DNA of 40,896 bases. Origin: Nitrospinota bacterium. GTDB taxonomy: Bacteria; Nitrospinota_A; UBA7883. The notes below the pieces were generated by a model. It saw only the letters and a list, made by a program, of their open reading frames with translations. It had not been told where the DNA came from and did not search any database. Location of the stretch: NCBI GenBank assembly GCA_016207925.1, contig JACQZB010000079.1, positions 1-40,896 on the forward strand. The letters run 5' to 3'. Below are positions 1 through 8,928 of the stretch, in pieces (positions within the stretch are counted from its first letter, which is position 1; every line of letters begins with the position of its first letter). The position numbers and the translations under genes were made by a program.

Positions 1-1005
1 TCGCTCAAGCGCGAGCGCGGCGGCGCGTTGTCGCTGGGCGCGTTGGTGGATCTGGCCGAGGGTATCTCCAACAAGGGCGTGATATACGGCCCCGGATTCG
101 AGAACGACCTGGCGGCGCTGGCCCGCCTTACGCCGTTGGGCCGCGTGTTCGGTTGCGGCATGGAATCGGTCCGCAACGCGCGCAACCCCGTGGCGCTGGC
201 GCGCGCGGCGGGCACATGGAACCTGCGCTACCCGCCGGTGGCGTTCCGCCGGTCAGAATCAATGTCTCCGGGCCGGTGGCTGACCAAGCCGTACCACAGC
301 ATGGGCGGCGCGGGAGTGCTGGACCTCGCCGATCCCGCCGCCGCCTCGGCCACACAGGTGTTCTATCAAAAGTTCGTGCCGGGCATGGCTTCCTCCGCCG
401 CGGCGCTTTCCGACGGCGCCTCGGCCACCGTGGTGGCGGTGTCCACCCAGATCGTGGGCGACGCGGACTTTGGCGCCTCCGGTTTCCGCTTTGTGGGCAA
501 CGTGTATCCCCACCCGTTCGTGGATGAGATGGGCAAACGGGTCACGGACATGGCCGAAGCGCTGACGCTGGAATTTGACCTTAAGGGCCTGTGGGGTTTC
601 GACTTTATTTATGACGGCGAGGTGAACCTGATCGAGATCAACCCGCGCCCTTCGTCCAGCCTGGGCGTTCTGGGCGCCGCCACGCTTACCGACCTTGTGG
701 CGCTGCATGTGGGCGGCTCCACGGGCGACACCTCAAGGCTGTACCTCGACGCCGCCTCCGCCGGAACCTATACCGCGCAAGCGCGCGTGTTCGCCCGGTC
801 CGACGGCGTGTTCACCGGCGCGGAACGCTGGGCGCGGCGCGGCGCGCGCGACATCCCGGAGGACGGAGAAATCATCGCCGCCGGGGCGCCCATCCTCACC
901 CTTACGGCGGTGGATTCCACTTACGCGGGCGTGGTAGCCGCGCTCAAGGATCAGGCCGTCAAGGTGTACGCGGCCATGGAACGCTCCGCCGCTTCCGTGG
1001 CGTAG
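1..1005 (+). CDS. ATP-grasp domain protein (COG2232-like predicted carboligase), 5'-partial
   Basis: Frame is open from base 1. Contains WLTKP..SMGGAG, YQKFVPG and GFDF..LIEINPR ATP-grasp motifs. Confidence 0.75.
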   Translation, partial: SLKRERGGALSLGALVDLAEGISNKGVIYGPGFENDLAALARLTPLGRVFGCGMESVRNARNPVALARAAGTWNLRYPPVAFRRSESMSPGRWLTKPYHSMGGAGVLDLADPAAASATQVFYQKFVPGMASSAAALSDGASATVVAVSTQIVGDADFGASGFRFVGNVYPHPFVDEMGKRVTDMAEALTLEFDLKGLWGFDFIYDGEVNLIEINPRPSSSLGVLGAATLTDLVALHVGGSTGDTSRLYLDAASAGTYTAQARVFARSDGVFTGAERWARRGARDIPEDGEIIAAGAPILTLTAVDSTYAGVVAALKDQAVKVYAAMERSAASVA

Positions 1006-1012
1006 CCGCCGC

Positions 1013-2179
1013 ATGAACAATTTCATCTACTACAATCCCACCGCGATACTGTTTGGCCGCGGGCAAGCGGACGCCGTGGGCGAACGCATGGCCCCGCTTG
1101 GCAGAAACATCCTGCTGCTCTCCGGCGGCGCCAGCGCGGAGCGCTCCGGCCTGCTGGATCGCGTACGGGAAAAATTGCGAACGGCGGGCGTGGCGTACAC
1201 GGAACTGCCCGGCGTCAAGCCTAACCCGGTCATCGAAAAAGTCCGCGAAGGCGCGGCCCTGTGCAAGTCAAGGCGCCTGGACGCCGTGCTTTCGGTGGGC
1301 GGCGGCAGCGTGCTGGATTCGGCCAAGGTCATCGCATCCGCCGCGCGGCACGAGGGCGACCCGTGGGAACTGCTGGCGAAAAAAATCAAGCCGGCCAATC
1401 CGCTTCCCGTCGGTTGCGTGCTGACCCTGGCGGCCACAGGGTCGGAGGCCAACGGCAACGCCGTCATCTCCAACCCCGCCACGGCGCAAAAGCTGGCGTG
1501 GTACCATCCGCAAGCCTACCCGCGCTTTTCCATCCTCGACCCGGAGTTGACCTTCACCGTGCCGCGCGAGCATACCGCCTATGGCGCCGTGGACATCATG
1601 GCGCATGTGTTCGAGCAGTATTTCCACGACGTGCAGGCCACACCGTTGCAGGACGGCGTCGCGGAAACCGTCCTGCGGACGGTGGCCGCCACCGCGCCCA
1701 TCGCCATGGCCCGGCCGGATGATTACGCCTCGCGCGCCAACCTGATGTGGGCCTCCACATTGGCGCTCCATGGTGTTGTGGGGGCGGGCGTTGTGGGCGA
1801 CTGGACCTGCCACATGCTTGAACACGAATTGTCCGCCAAGTACGACATCGCCCACGGCGCGGGATTGGCCGTGGTGTATCCCGCCTGGATGGAGTTGATG
1901 GCGCCGCGCAAGCCGGCCCGGTTTCGCCAGTTCGCCGTGAACGCGTGGGGAATTGACCCGCGCGGACGCGATGACTTGGCCGTGGCGCGCGAGGGCGTGG
2001 CGGCTACACGTTCCTTTTTCCGCGATACGCTTGGCGTGGGCGTTCGCTTGTCCGATTACGGCATCGCCCCGGACCGGCTTAACGAAATGGCCCAGGCGGT
2101 GTATGACCTTAAAGGCCCCACCGGCCTTGGCGGCTTGACGCGGGAGGATTTGGAGCGGGTGTACCGGGGGGCGCTGTAG
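1013..2179 (+). CDS. Iron-containing alcohol dehydrogenase (butanol dehydrogenase/YqhD-like)
   Basis: Motifs NFIYYNPT, VKPNP, VGGGSVLDSAK, TLAATGSE, metal ligands D..AH, H.LEHELSA and HGAGLA. Confidence 0.92.
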   Translation: MNNFIYYNPTAILFGRGQADAVGERMAPLGRNILLLSGGASAERSGLLDRVREKLRTAGVAYTELPGVKPNPVIEKVREGAALCKSRRLDAVLSVGGGSVLDSAKVIASAARHEGDPWELLAKKIKPANPLPVGCVLTLAATGSEANGNAVISNPATAQKLAWYHPQAYPRFSILDPELTFTVPREHTAYGAVDIMAHVFEQYFHDVQATPLQDGVAETVLRTVAATAPIAMARPDDYASRANLMWASTLALHGVVGAGVVGDWTCHMLEHELSAKYDIAHGAGLAVVYPAWMELMAPRKPARFRQFAVNAWGIDPRGRDDLAVAREGVAATRSFFRDTLGVGVRLSDYGIAPDRLNEMAQAVYDLKGPTGLGGLTREDLERVYRGAL

Positions 2180-2213
2180 CGCGGTGTTTATCCCTGACCA
2201 CGTTTCGACACAA

Positions 2214-2238
2214 GCCCTCTCTCTCCGGGGGAGAGGGG
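2214..2238. repeat. Short palindromic REP-like element
   Basis: gccctctctctccgggggagagggg between convergent genes; resembles the element at 8721-8771. Confidence 0.4.
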
Positions 2239-2316
2239 CGCATGGATTACGCCGCTTGATCGAATTATGTAAAGTCTCCTGGCAAAGGGGCGGCAAAAGG
2301 AGAAAGCGCGCGGTGG

Positions 2317-3978
2317 TTACGGCGCCAAGGCGTTAAGGTGTTCCCCCTTGGGGATCCACCACTTTTCGAAGTTGTAGCCGATGCCCGCAAGGCCCGGTTC
2401 GATCCCGCGCACACGGGCGGAGACGATGGGCAGCGCCTCCGGCACGTACAGGAAGGTGTAGGGCTGATCCTCGGCGAGAATTTCCTGGAACCGGAAATAA
2501 TATTCGCGGCGCTTGTCCTGATCGAACACGCGCCTGCCTTTTTCCAGCAACTCGTCCACTTCGGCGTTTTTATAGGAGACGTGGTTGAGCTGATGCTCGC
2601 CGGTCATCGAGGAGTGCCAGATGATGTACTGGTCCGGGTCCAGGCCCAGCGTCCAGCCCAGGATCAATGCGTCGAAGTCGCGGGTGTTGACGAAGTTGTT
2701 GATGAACGCGCTCCACTCCAGCGGGCGGGCTTTCACCTCGATGCCCACCGCTTTAAGGCGCTGCTGGATGATCTCGGCGGTCTTGGCGCGTTCGGCGTTC
2801 CCCTGGTTGGTGAGAATCTCGAACTCGAACCGCTTGCCGTCCTTGTCGAGTACGCCGTCGTTGTCGCTGTCGCGCCAGCCCGCCTCGGCCAGCAGCTCTT
2901 TGGCGCGGGCGGGATTATATTCGTATTTTTTCACGTGGGGATTGTGCGCCCAATGCCCGGGTTTGAACGGCCCGGTGGCCTCTACCCCCAGCCCCAGCAG
3001 CACGCCGTCAATCACTTCCTTTTTATTGATGGCGTAGCTTATGGCCTGGCGCACGCGCTTATCGGCGAACAGCGGGCGCTTGAGGTTGTAGCCCAGGTAG
3101 GTGTAGGCGTTGGCCAGGTAGCGGTACTTGCGGTACTTCTCCTTGAAGTATTCCGAATCGGTCTGTTTGAGGTGTTGCAGCGGACGCAGGTCCATCATGT
3201 CTATCCCGCCGGACTTCAATTCCAGAAACTGCGTCGCCATGTCAGGGATCACCCTTGTCACGCTCCGTCCGATCCAGGGGCGCCCGTCGTAATAGTCCGG
3301 GTTGGCGCGCAGGGTGATCTGGGACTGCGTTTTCCAGTCCTCGAAAATCCACGGGCCGGTACCCACCGGATTTCGCGCCAGGGGGGATTTGATCAGGTCA
3401 ACGGGTTTTACGTCCTTGAGCAGGTGGCGCGGCAGGCCCGTCATGCCGGAAAGGCGCGCCAAGGCCGGGGCGAACGGCTCGCGGAACGTCACTACAAAGG
3501 TATGGTCATCGGGCGCGACGGCGGAAGCCATTTGCATGAACACGTCCTTGTAACCCGAAGGCACATCCGGGTGGATCATCATCTGGTACTGGTACACCAG
3601 GTCATGCGCGGTGAAGGGGACGCCGTCGTGCCATTTGATGGTGTCGTGCAGGTGGAAGGTAAGGGTCAGGCCGTCGGGCGACACCTCCCAGCGTTTCGCC
3701 GCGCCGGGGATGATGTTCATGTCCTTGTCCACGGTCAGCAGGCTGGCGAACACCGCGTCGCTGATGGCGCCGGAGGAAGCGTCGGACGAGAGGAACGGGA
3801 TCAGGTTGGACGCCTCGCCAATGGTGGCGCCGATAAATACGTCGCCAAAATCGTCCGCCGAAGGCGCGTTTTTGGATTGGCCCGGCGCGGCCGCATTAGG
3901 CGCGGGCGCTGGGGCGCGCTCGCAATTTGTCAGGATGAAAAGAAAGAGAACCGCCAGCGCCGTGCGCGGGCCGGCCAT
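2317..3978 (-). CDS. Peptide ABC transporter substrate-binding lipoprotein (family 5)
   Basis: Signal peptide ending in Cys (ILTNC); WHDGVPFTAHD, PVGTGPW and DKRVRQAI motifs. Confidence 0.92.
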   Translation of the reverse strand: MAGPRTALAVLFLFILTNCERAPAPAPNAAAPGQSKNAPSADDFGDVFIGATIGEASNLIPFLSSDASSGAISDAVFASLLTVDKDMNIIPGAAKRWEVSPDGLTLTFHLHDTIKWHDGVPFTAHDLVYQYQMMIHPDVPSGYKDVFMQMASAVAPDDHTFVVTFREPFAPALARLSGMTGLPRHLLKDVKPVDLIKSPLARNPVGTGPWIFEDWKTQSQITLRANPDYYDGRPWIGRSVTRVIPDMATQFLELKSGGIDMMDLRPLQHLKQTDSEYFKEKYRKYRYLANAYTYLGYNLKRPLFADKRVRQAISYAINKKEVIDGVLLGLGVEATGPFKPGHWAHNPHVKKYEYNPARAKELLAEAGWRDSDNDGVLDKDGKRFEFEILTNQGNAERAKTAEIIQQRLKAVGIEVKARPLEWSAFINNFVNTRDFDALILGWTLGLDPDQYIIWHSSMTGEHQLNHVSYKNAEVDELLEKGRRVFDQDKRREYYFRFQEILAEDQPYTFLYVPEALPIVSARVRGIEPGLAGIGYNFEKWWIPKGEHLNALAP

Positions 3979-4373
3979 TACTTCTGTTCCGGCTCGCCGC
4001 CGGGCGCGGTGGTTACGGGACCCAGCGGGCCTTCTTCGGGCGTTGGCGCCGCGGCGGGGCCGCCGGGGGCGGGCGCCTCGGCGGGCGGCAGCGCGGTCGG
4101 CAATTCCACGGACGTATCGGGCGTCACCGTGGCCGTGGGGGCGCCGCTGGAAAGGATCGAAAGCGCGATGGAGGTGATCATGAAAATCACCGCCGCGCCG
4201 GACGTGATCTTGGCCAGCGTGGTCGCCGGGCCGCGCGCGCCGAACAGTGTCTGGCTGGAACCGCCGAACGCGCTGCCCATGGCCGCGCCCTTGGAGCCGC
4301 CCTGCAGCAACACTATGACAATAAGCGCCAGCGCCACCAGTACGTGCAGCGTGATCACCAACGTTTCTACCAT
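3978..4373 (-). CDS. secG: Preprotein translocase subunit SecG
   Basis: VLLQ..KGAAMGSAFGGSSQTLFG signature, two TM segments, Pro/Ala-rich tail. Confidence 0.95.
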   Translation of the reverse strand: MVETLVITLHVLVALALIVIVLLQGGSKGAAMGSAFGGSSQTLFGARGPATTLAKITSGAAVIFMITSIALSILSSGAPTATVTPDTSVELPTALPPAEAPAPGGPAAAPTPEEGPLGPVTTAPGGEPEQK

Positions 4374-4446
4374 GATCCCTTTCGACCCATCACTTTTTGC
4401 GTAAGTGGGATACTATATACCAAAAATGAACATACGCGCAAGGGGC

Positions 4447-6234
4447 ATGGAACGGATCGCGCCGCTTATGGTGATGGCGCTGGCCGCCGCGCTGCGCCTG
4501 GGACACTTTGCCGGTTCCGGCCACAATCCGCTGCTCCACTACCACACGCTCGACGAAGGCTACTACCTGGGCCTGGCGCGCGCGGTGGTGTCCGGCTACC
4601 TTTTGGGCGAGCCGCGCGTGTTTTTCATGGACCCGCTGTACGGCTACCTGCTGGCGGGGCTGTTCGCGCTGTTCGGGGACGACCTGCTCGCCGTCCGCCT
4701 GTTCCAGATCGCGCTGGACACGGCCAGCGTGGGGTTTATCTATTCCCTTGGCGCGCGGCTGGCCGGCCCCATGGCGGGGTTGGCGGGCGCGTGTTTGTAC
4801 GCGATCCACGGCCCCGCGATTTTTTACACGCTGTTGGCGCTTAAAACCACCGCGACGGTGTTCACGGCGTTGCTCTTCACCCGCGTGGCGCTGTGGGCGG
4901 GAGCGCGCGAGGGCGCATGGCCATGGGCGGCGGCAGGCGTCTTGGGCGGGTTTGCCATGCTGTTGAGCGCCAATATGCTGCTGTTCGCGCCGCTCGGCTG
5001 GCTTGCGTATCTACATGCGGAACGGCCCGCGCTCCGGCGCGCGCTCATCGCGGCGGCGGGGGCGGCGGCGGGTTTGGCGCTGGTGACGGGGATAAGCGCC
5101 GCGCGCAACTATTACGTCAGCGGGCAGCCAGCGCCGCTTAACACCCAATCGGGCAGGCTGCTGTATGCCAGCAACAATCCCGAAAACCTGACGGGAAGGT
5201 ACAATGTCCCCTCGTTCTCCCGCCGCACGCCGGTGGATTCGGAAACCGATTTTCACGCCGAAGCGGAGCGGCGGCTGGGCCGCAAGCTCTCGCCGATGGA
5301 AGCGTCCGCCTACTGGCGGAACGAAACAGCCGCCTTTCTGATGAGCGATCCTGGCGCGGCGGCCACCCTGTTGTGGAGAAAGGTTTTAGGCACAGCGGGG
5401 AATTATGAGTTGCCGGACAACTATTCGGTAAGCCAAGGGCTTGCGTTCTCGGCGGTGGGCAGGGCGCCGCTGCCCGGATTCTGGCTGGCGCTGGCATTGG
5501 GCGCCCCTGGGCTAGTGATCGGGATATGGCGCAACCGGCGCGCGGCGTACCTGTTGATTCCGGTTCTCACGGTGATGGCGACGGTTATTATCTTCTATAC
5601 CTCGTCGCGGTTCCGTATGCCCATGGTTCCCCTGCTTTGCGTTGGCGCGGGGATATTCGCGGCGGCGGCGGTTGATTGGCTCCGCGCGCGAAACTGGCGC
5701 CCTTTGCCGGCATGGGGCGCGGCGGCGCTGGCGCTGGCGGCGGTGTCCCTGTCCGCGCCCGCCCCGCCGTATTCCGCCGACGAGGATTACCAACTGGGCA
5801 TGGCGTACTGGACAGTGGGCGCTTTTACGCAAGCGCGTTCCGTGGCGGACAAGGGAGCGCGTGACTATCCCGGCGATGAACGCTTCGCCGTCATCACAGG
5901 CTTGGCGGCCATGGCCGAATCGAAATGGGATGAGGCCCACGCGCGGTTTGAGGCCTTGGCGCGGCGCGATCCGGGGAACGCTGACGCATGGCACAACCTG
6001 GGGCTTGCGGCGTTGGCCTTGGGAAAGACCCGCGAGGCGATAGCGCCGTTGGAGCGCGCCTGGCGGTTGAACCCCCGTCCGCGTACCCTGTTGGCGTTGG
6101 GGCGCGCCCATGAACAGGCGGGGGACGCTTCACGGGCGGGGGAATACTACCGGCGTTACCTTGAAATGGCCGGGCCGGGCGCCCCGCGGGCCAATGAGGC
6201 GCGTGAAGGTTTAGAGCGCGTGGGGACGAAATAA
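4447..6234 (+). CDS. GT-C/PMT-like (family 39-type) membrane glycosyltransferase with C-terminal TPR repeats
   Basis: Multiple TM helices, N-terminal LDE..Y, PLYGYLLA, SRFRMP, TPR motif AWHNLGLA. ATG 4447 follows AAGGGG; alternative start 4426. Confidence 0.75.
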   Translation: MERIAPLMVMALAAALRLGHFAGSGHNPLLHYHTLDEGYYLGLARAVVSGYLLGEPRVFFMDPLYGYLLAGLFALFGDDLLAVRLFQIALDTASVGFIYSLGARLAGPMAGLAGACLYAIHGPAIFYTLLALKTTATVFTALLFTRVALWAGAREGAWPWAAAGVLGGFAMLLSANMLLFAPLGWLAYLHAERPALRRALIAAAGAAAGLALVTGISAARNYYVSGQPAPLNTQSGRLLYASNNPENLTGRYNVPSFSRRTPVDSETDFHAEAERRLGRKLSPMEASAYWRNETAAFLMSDPGAAATLLWRKVLGTAGNYELPDNYSVSQGLAFSAVGRAPLPGFWLALALGAPGLVIGIWRNRRAAYLLIPVLTVMATVIIFYTSSRFRMPMVPLLCVGAGIFAAAAVDWLRARNWRPLPAWGAAALALAAVSLSAPAPPYSADEDYQLGMAYWTVGAFTQARSVADKGARDYPGDERFAVITGLAAMAESKWDEAHARFEALARRDPGNADAWHNLGLAALALGKTREAIAPLERAWRLNPRPRTLLALGRAHEQAGDASRAGEYYRRYLEMAGPGAPRANEAREGLERVGTK

Positions 6235-6258
6235 GGCGGCGGCTGGCCCAAGGGGAGG

Positions 6259-6904
6259 TTATTCGCGCAGGGAAACCAATTGCGCGGCGGGGACGGAAAT
6301 CCCATCGCTCACCAGCGAGTAGCCGGTAGTTGAACATGGAGTTGCGGTGGTTGGCGATATTGAACTGCACCACGCCCACCGCCCTTTCCCCAAAGGCGCA
6401 GCGCCTGGCCCCGGCCAGCGGGGGAAGTTTCACCGAGGCGGGAAGCGGCGCGGCGGCGCCGAGTTGTTGGGTAAGCCAGCGCGAGGCTTCGGTGGGGTCG
6501 GGGGTCGCGAGTTCCGGTGTTTCATGCAGGCGGTGGTTCACCAAGGACATCGCCAGAACTTTTTCCACGGGTGTTTTTTCCGTTTGTCGCGAAAGGTAAA
6601 GGGAACCGCTGGTGGCCGCGACGCCCACCGTAAAAAAGGCCATGGCGGCGATGGCGGACAGTTTCATTATCCGGGCCGCGCGCCGGGCGGGGACACCCGC
6701 CAGCGCGAAGGTATCCAGCGTTTGCGGCGGTTCCACCGCAAGCAGCGCGCCGCGTATTTTTTCATCCAGATCCAGCCGCCGGGAAAGCCGGGCGGAGCAG
6801 GGGGGGCACAACCGCGCGTGGGCCAGCGCTTCGGTGAAGAGCGGATCGGCGCTGTCAGGCGAAGGGGCCAGGTCAAGCGCCGCTCTTAGCCGGTCACATT
6901 CCAT
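6259..6904 (-). CDS. Zinc-binding (ZAS) transmembrane anti-sigma factor, interrupted near 6330
   Basis: HxxxCxxC (HARLCPPC), one TM, periplasmic domain. After ..NSMF the typical C-terminus GYSLVSDG..LRE* lies in another frame (stop 6259-6261), so a segment appears to be missing. Confidence 0.75.
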
Positions 6905-7427
6905 ACCGGCCTCCCTTAAGCGCCCGCAGCGGCTGGGCGGGGGCGGAAAGCTCCTCGCGCAACGCCCGCTTGGCGCGGTGGATACGGCTCATCACCGTGC
7001 CCAGGGGCAGCCCCATGGTCTCGGCGATCTCCTGGTAGCTTTGGCCGGATAGATAGTGCGCCACCAACGGGGCGCGGTATTTGTCGTCAAGCCGCTCCAT
7101 GGCCTTGCGCGCCTGCTCCGGTGTGACGTCATGGGGCCAAAGCCTTTCATCGTCCTGGCCGGATGGGGTGTGCGCGTCGTCAACGTATTCAACGGTCTTG
7201 CGAGCGCGCCGCCATTCGTCCACGAATCCGCGGTACAGGATTGAAAACAGCCACGATTTGGCTTTTTCCGGGTTGCGCAGGGCAGGAAGGGAATCGGCGG
7301 CCTTGACCACCGTGTCCTGAACCATGTCCTCCGCCGCGTCGCGGTCGCCGCATAGATGGAAGGCCATCGCGTACAGGGCGTTGACGTGAGGCAGGATAAA
7401 GCGTTCGACAGGGTTCATGTCAATCAC
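6894..7427 (-). CDS. ECF RNA polymerase sigma-70 factor
   Basis: AEDMVQDT and KSWLFSI (region 2); SYQEIAETMGLPLGTVMSRIHRA (region 4). Overlaps the anti-sigma start. Start GTG 7427 or ATG 7418. Confidence 0.93.
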   Translation of the reverse strand: MIDMNPVERFILPHVNALYAMAFHLCGDRDAAEDMVQDTVVKAADSLPALRNPEKAKSWLFSILYRGFVDEWRRARKTVEYVDDAHTPSGQDDERLWPHDVTPEQARKAMERLDDKYRAPLVAHYLSGQSYQEIAETMGLPLGTVMSRIHRAKRALREELSAPAQPLRALKGGRYGM

Positions 7428-7444
7428 ACACCATCATACATACC

Positions 7445-7474
7445 ATAAGACGCTTCACCTTTCATTTTATTCCC
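7445..7474 (-). promoter_or_regulatory. ECF sigma-type promoter of the sigma/anti-sigma operon (likely autoregulatory)
   Basis: Minus strand reads GGGAATAAAA-N12-CGTCTTAT (GGAAT-N16-CGTC), a typical ECF -35/-10 layout, just upstream of the sigma start. Confidence 0.75.
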
Positions 7475-7529
7475 AATAATGCCTGGCTGGCGGAATTTTT
7501 AGCTTCATTTCCATTTTCTCCGCATTTGA

Positions 7530-7559
7530 GGGAATAAAACGGAAAGGCTTCCGTCTTAT
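7530..7559 (+). promoter_or_regulatory. Second, divergent copy of the ECF-type promoter
   Basis: Plus strand reads GGGAATAAAA-N12-CGTCTTAT; both boxes (18/18 nt) and the spacing are identical to the copy at 7445-7474. Confidence 0.75.
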
Positions 7560-7560
7560 A

Positions 7561-7700
7561 CATGACAAGGGCGTCGCATCCGTCCCCCTGGATGTGTCCT
7601 CCCAACGCGCCCTTGTCATGTAAGCGGTGACCGGAGTCCCCTTCTCCACCCCGCGGCCCGCGAAGGGCGCGGACGGCTCGCTGGAGCCTTCCGCGCCCGC
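7561..7700 (+). ncRNA. Candidate ECF-dependent small RNA with C-rich loops
   Basis: Begins right after the ECF promoter. Perfect 15-bp inverted repeat 7559-7573/7608-7622, inner hairpin with loop GTCCCCCT, unpaired GTCCTCCC, second hairpin with loop TCCCCTT, and a GC-rich hairpin 7665-7698. Confidence 0.6.
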
Positions 7701-7711
7701 GCGGCGCATCC

Positions 7712-8461
7712 TTATTCATTGCGCCAGTTTTTCTGGACAACGCTCCCGTTCATGGCGCGCAGGTCAGGATCCTTGTCAAGCAACGCCACGGCGGCGCGCG
7801 AATTGAAGTTTTGCCCCATCGCCGCCAGCTTGGCGTAAAGCGCGCGCATCAGCGCCAAATCCTCCCGCGTATCCACCGTCAGGCGGTACGCGGCGCGCCC
7901 CGCCAGCCAGTCCGGCGGCGTGACCATGCGGACCTTGAACCGCTCCGGTTGCGAGTGAATGAACGTTGTGACGTGTTCGCGGAAGCGTGGTTCGACCGCT
8001 TCGGCGTCCGCCAGCCGCAGGGCCGCGGCGCTGGCAACTTCCGCCACCGATCCCAAGGGAGCGCCGCCCGCGCCCACCCAATCGGCCTTTTCGCGGATCA
8101 GTTCGGTGGTCATCATCCCCAGCGTTTCGGGATCCAGCAGCGGATTGTCCGCCGTGGCGCGCACGGCGGCGGCGGCGGGGTACTCGTCGAGCGCGATGAC
8201 AAAACGCCGCAGCACGTCTTCCTCCGGGCCGGTGACGCAGGGTATCCCCAGTGCGCGGGCGTAGCTGACCACCCGCGCGTCCGCCGGATTGGTGGAAGTG
8301 GCGATAACGATACGTTCGATTCCCGGCGTCCGGCGCAGCCGTTCTATTACCCAGCCCAGCAGCGGTTTATCGCCGATAGGCTCGAAGATTTTCCCCGGCA
8401 GGCGGGTGGAAGCCACACGGGCCTGAAGGATGGCTTGCAGGGTGACAGTGGGCGCGCTCAT
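7712..8461 (-). CDS. SpsF-like cytidylyltransferase (glycosyltransferase family)
   Basis: AILQARVASTRLPGK, GPEEDVLRRF, RATADNPLLDP, REHVT and RLTVDTREDL motifs. Confidence 0.88.
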   Translation of the reverse strand: MSAPTVTLQAILQARVASTRLPGKIFEPIGDKPLLGWVIERLRRTPGIERIVIATSTNPADARVVSYARALGIPCVTGPEEDVLRRFVIALDEYPAAAAVRATADNPLLDPETLGMMTTELIREKADWVGAGGAPLGSVAEVASAAALRLADAEAVEPRFREHVTTFIHSQPERFKVRMVTPPDWLAGRAAYRLTVDTREDLALMRALYAKLAAMGQNFNSRAAVALLDKDPDLRAMNGSVVQKNWRNE

Positions 8462-8519
8462 GGTTGTTGGATTATAACCCGGTTAGGCGGCGCGCCCTCA
8501 ACCGGGGTCATACGGCATT

Positions 8520-8645
8520 CTCATGCCACCAGAATGAGCTTGGCAAAAGAGTGACGGTGACAGGTCATCTGTATCATGCCCATGCCGCAAGGCATAAAAC
8601 CAACGCGCTCATCAAACCTACCCAGATCAGGCTAGTGAAGCAGCC
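8520..8645 (+). pseudogene. Remnant resembling the C-terminus of a DUF4431-like protein
   Basis: Translates LGKRVTVTGHLYHAHAARHKTNALI, similar to the remembered GKxVxVTGxLFHAHTGHHxTxVL pattern; no credible 5' part. Confidence 0.4.
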
Positions 8646-8720
8646 GCTCTCTTTCACCGCCTGCCTATGGTACTGGCAGCACGGCACCGCCACGCTCCTA
8701 CAACCCCCTGGGCGCCCTTT

Positions 8721-8771
8721 GCCCCTCGCCCCTTTTGGAGAGGGTGGCGCGTTTCGCGCCGGGTGAGTGGG
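8721..8771. repeat. Palindromic REP-like element
   Basis: gcccctcgccccttttggagagggtggcgcgtttcgcgccgggtgagtggg resembles the widespread CCCTCTCCC..GGGAGAGGG..GGGTGAGGG intergenic repeat. Confidence 0.5.
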
Positions 8772-8849
8772 ATATGAAAACCGTGGTCAGACAGCCATGA
8801 GAAAAAAGTAAAGGGCCGACGCCCCGCCCTGGATTATGTGACCTTTGTT

Positions 8850-8878
8850 TTGACTCACCTGCGCGCCTGTGTTATAAA
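8850..8878 (+). promoter_or_regulatory. Sigma-70 promoter of the sucC operon
   Basis: TTGACT-N17-TATAAA with TGn extension, 50 nt before sucC. Confidence 0.6.
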
Positions 8879-8928
8879 ATGTCCCTTCCAAGGTCAGGGT
8901 CAGGTCGCCCGTTTTGTGAGCGGATGTA

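Noticed and set aside
2338-4404. 688-aa plus-strand ORF
   Set aside because: Antisense shadow of the ABC binding protein and secG; no motifs of its own.
3900-4440. tRNA-Leu often found next to secG
   Set aside because: No cloverleaf or T-loop motif seen; secG abuts the ABC binding protein gene directly.
5894-6258. Long anti-sigma tail overlapping the TPR gene
   Set aside because: Read-through caused by the frame break near 6330; the plausible stop is at 6259.
7462-7740. Minus-strand ORFs of 92 and 80 aa in the sigma upstream region
   Set aside because: No protein-like features; the region is better explained by twin promoters and RNA structure.
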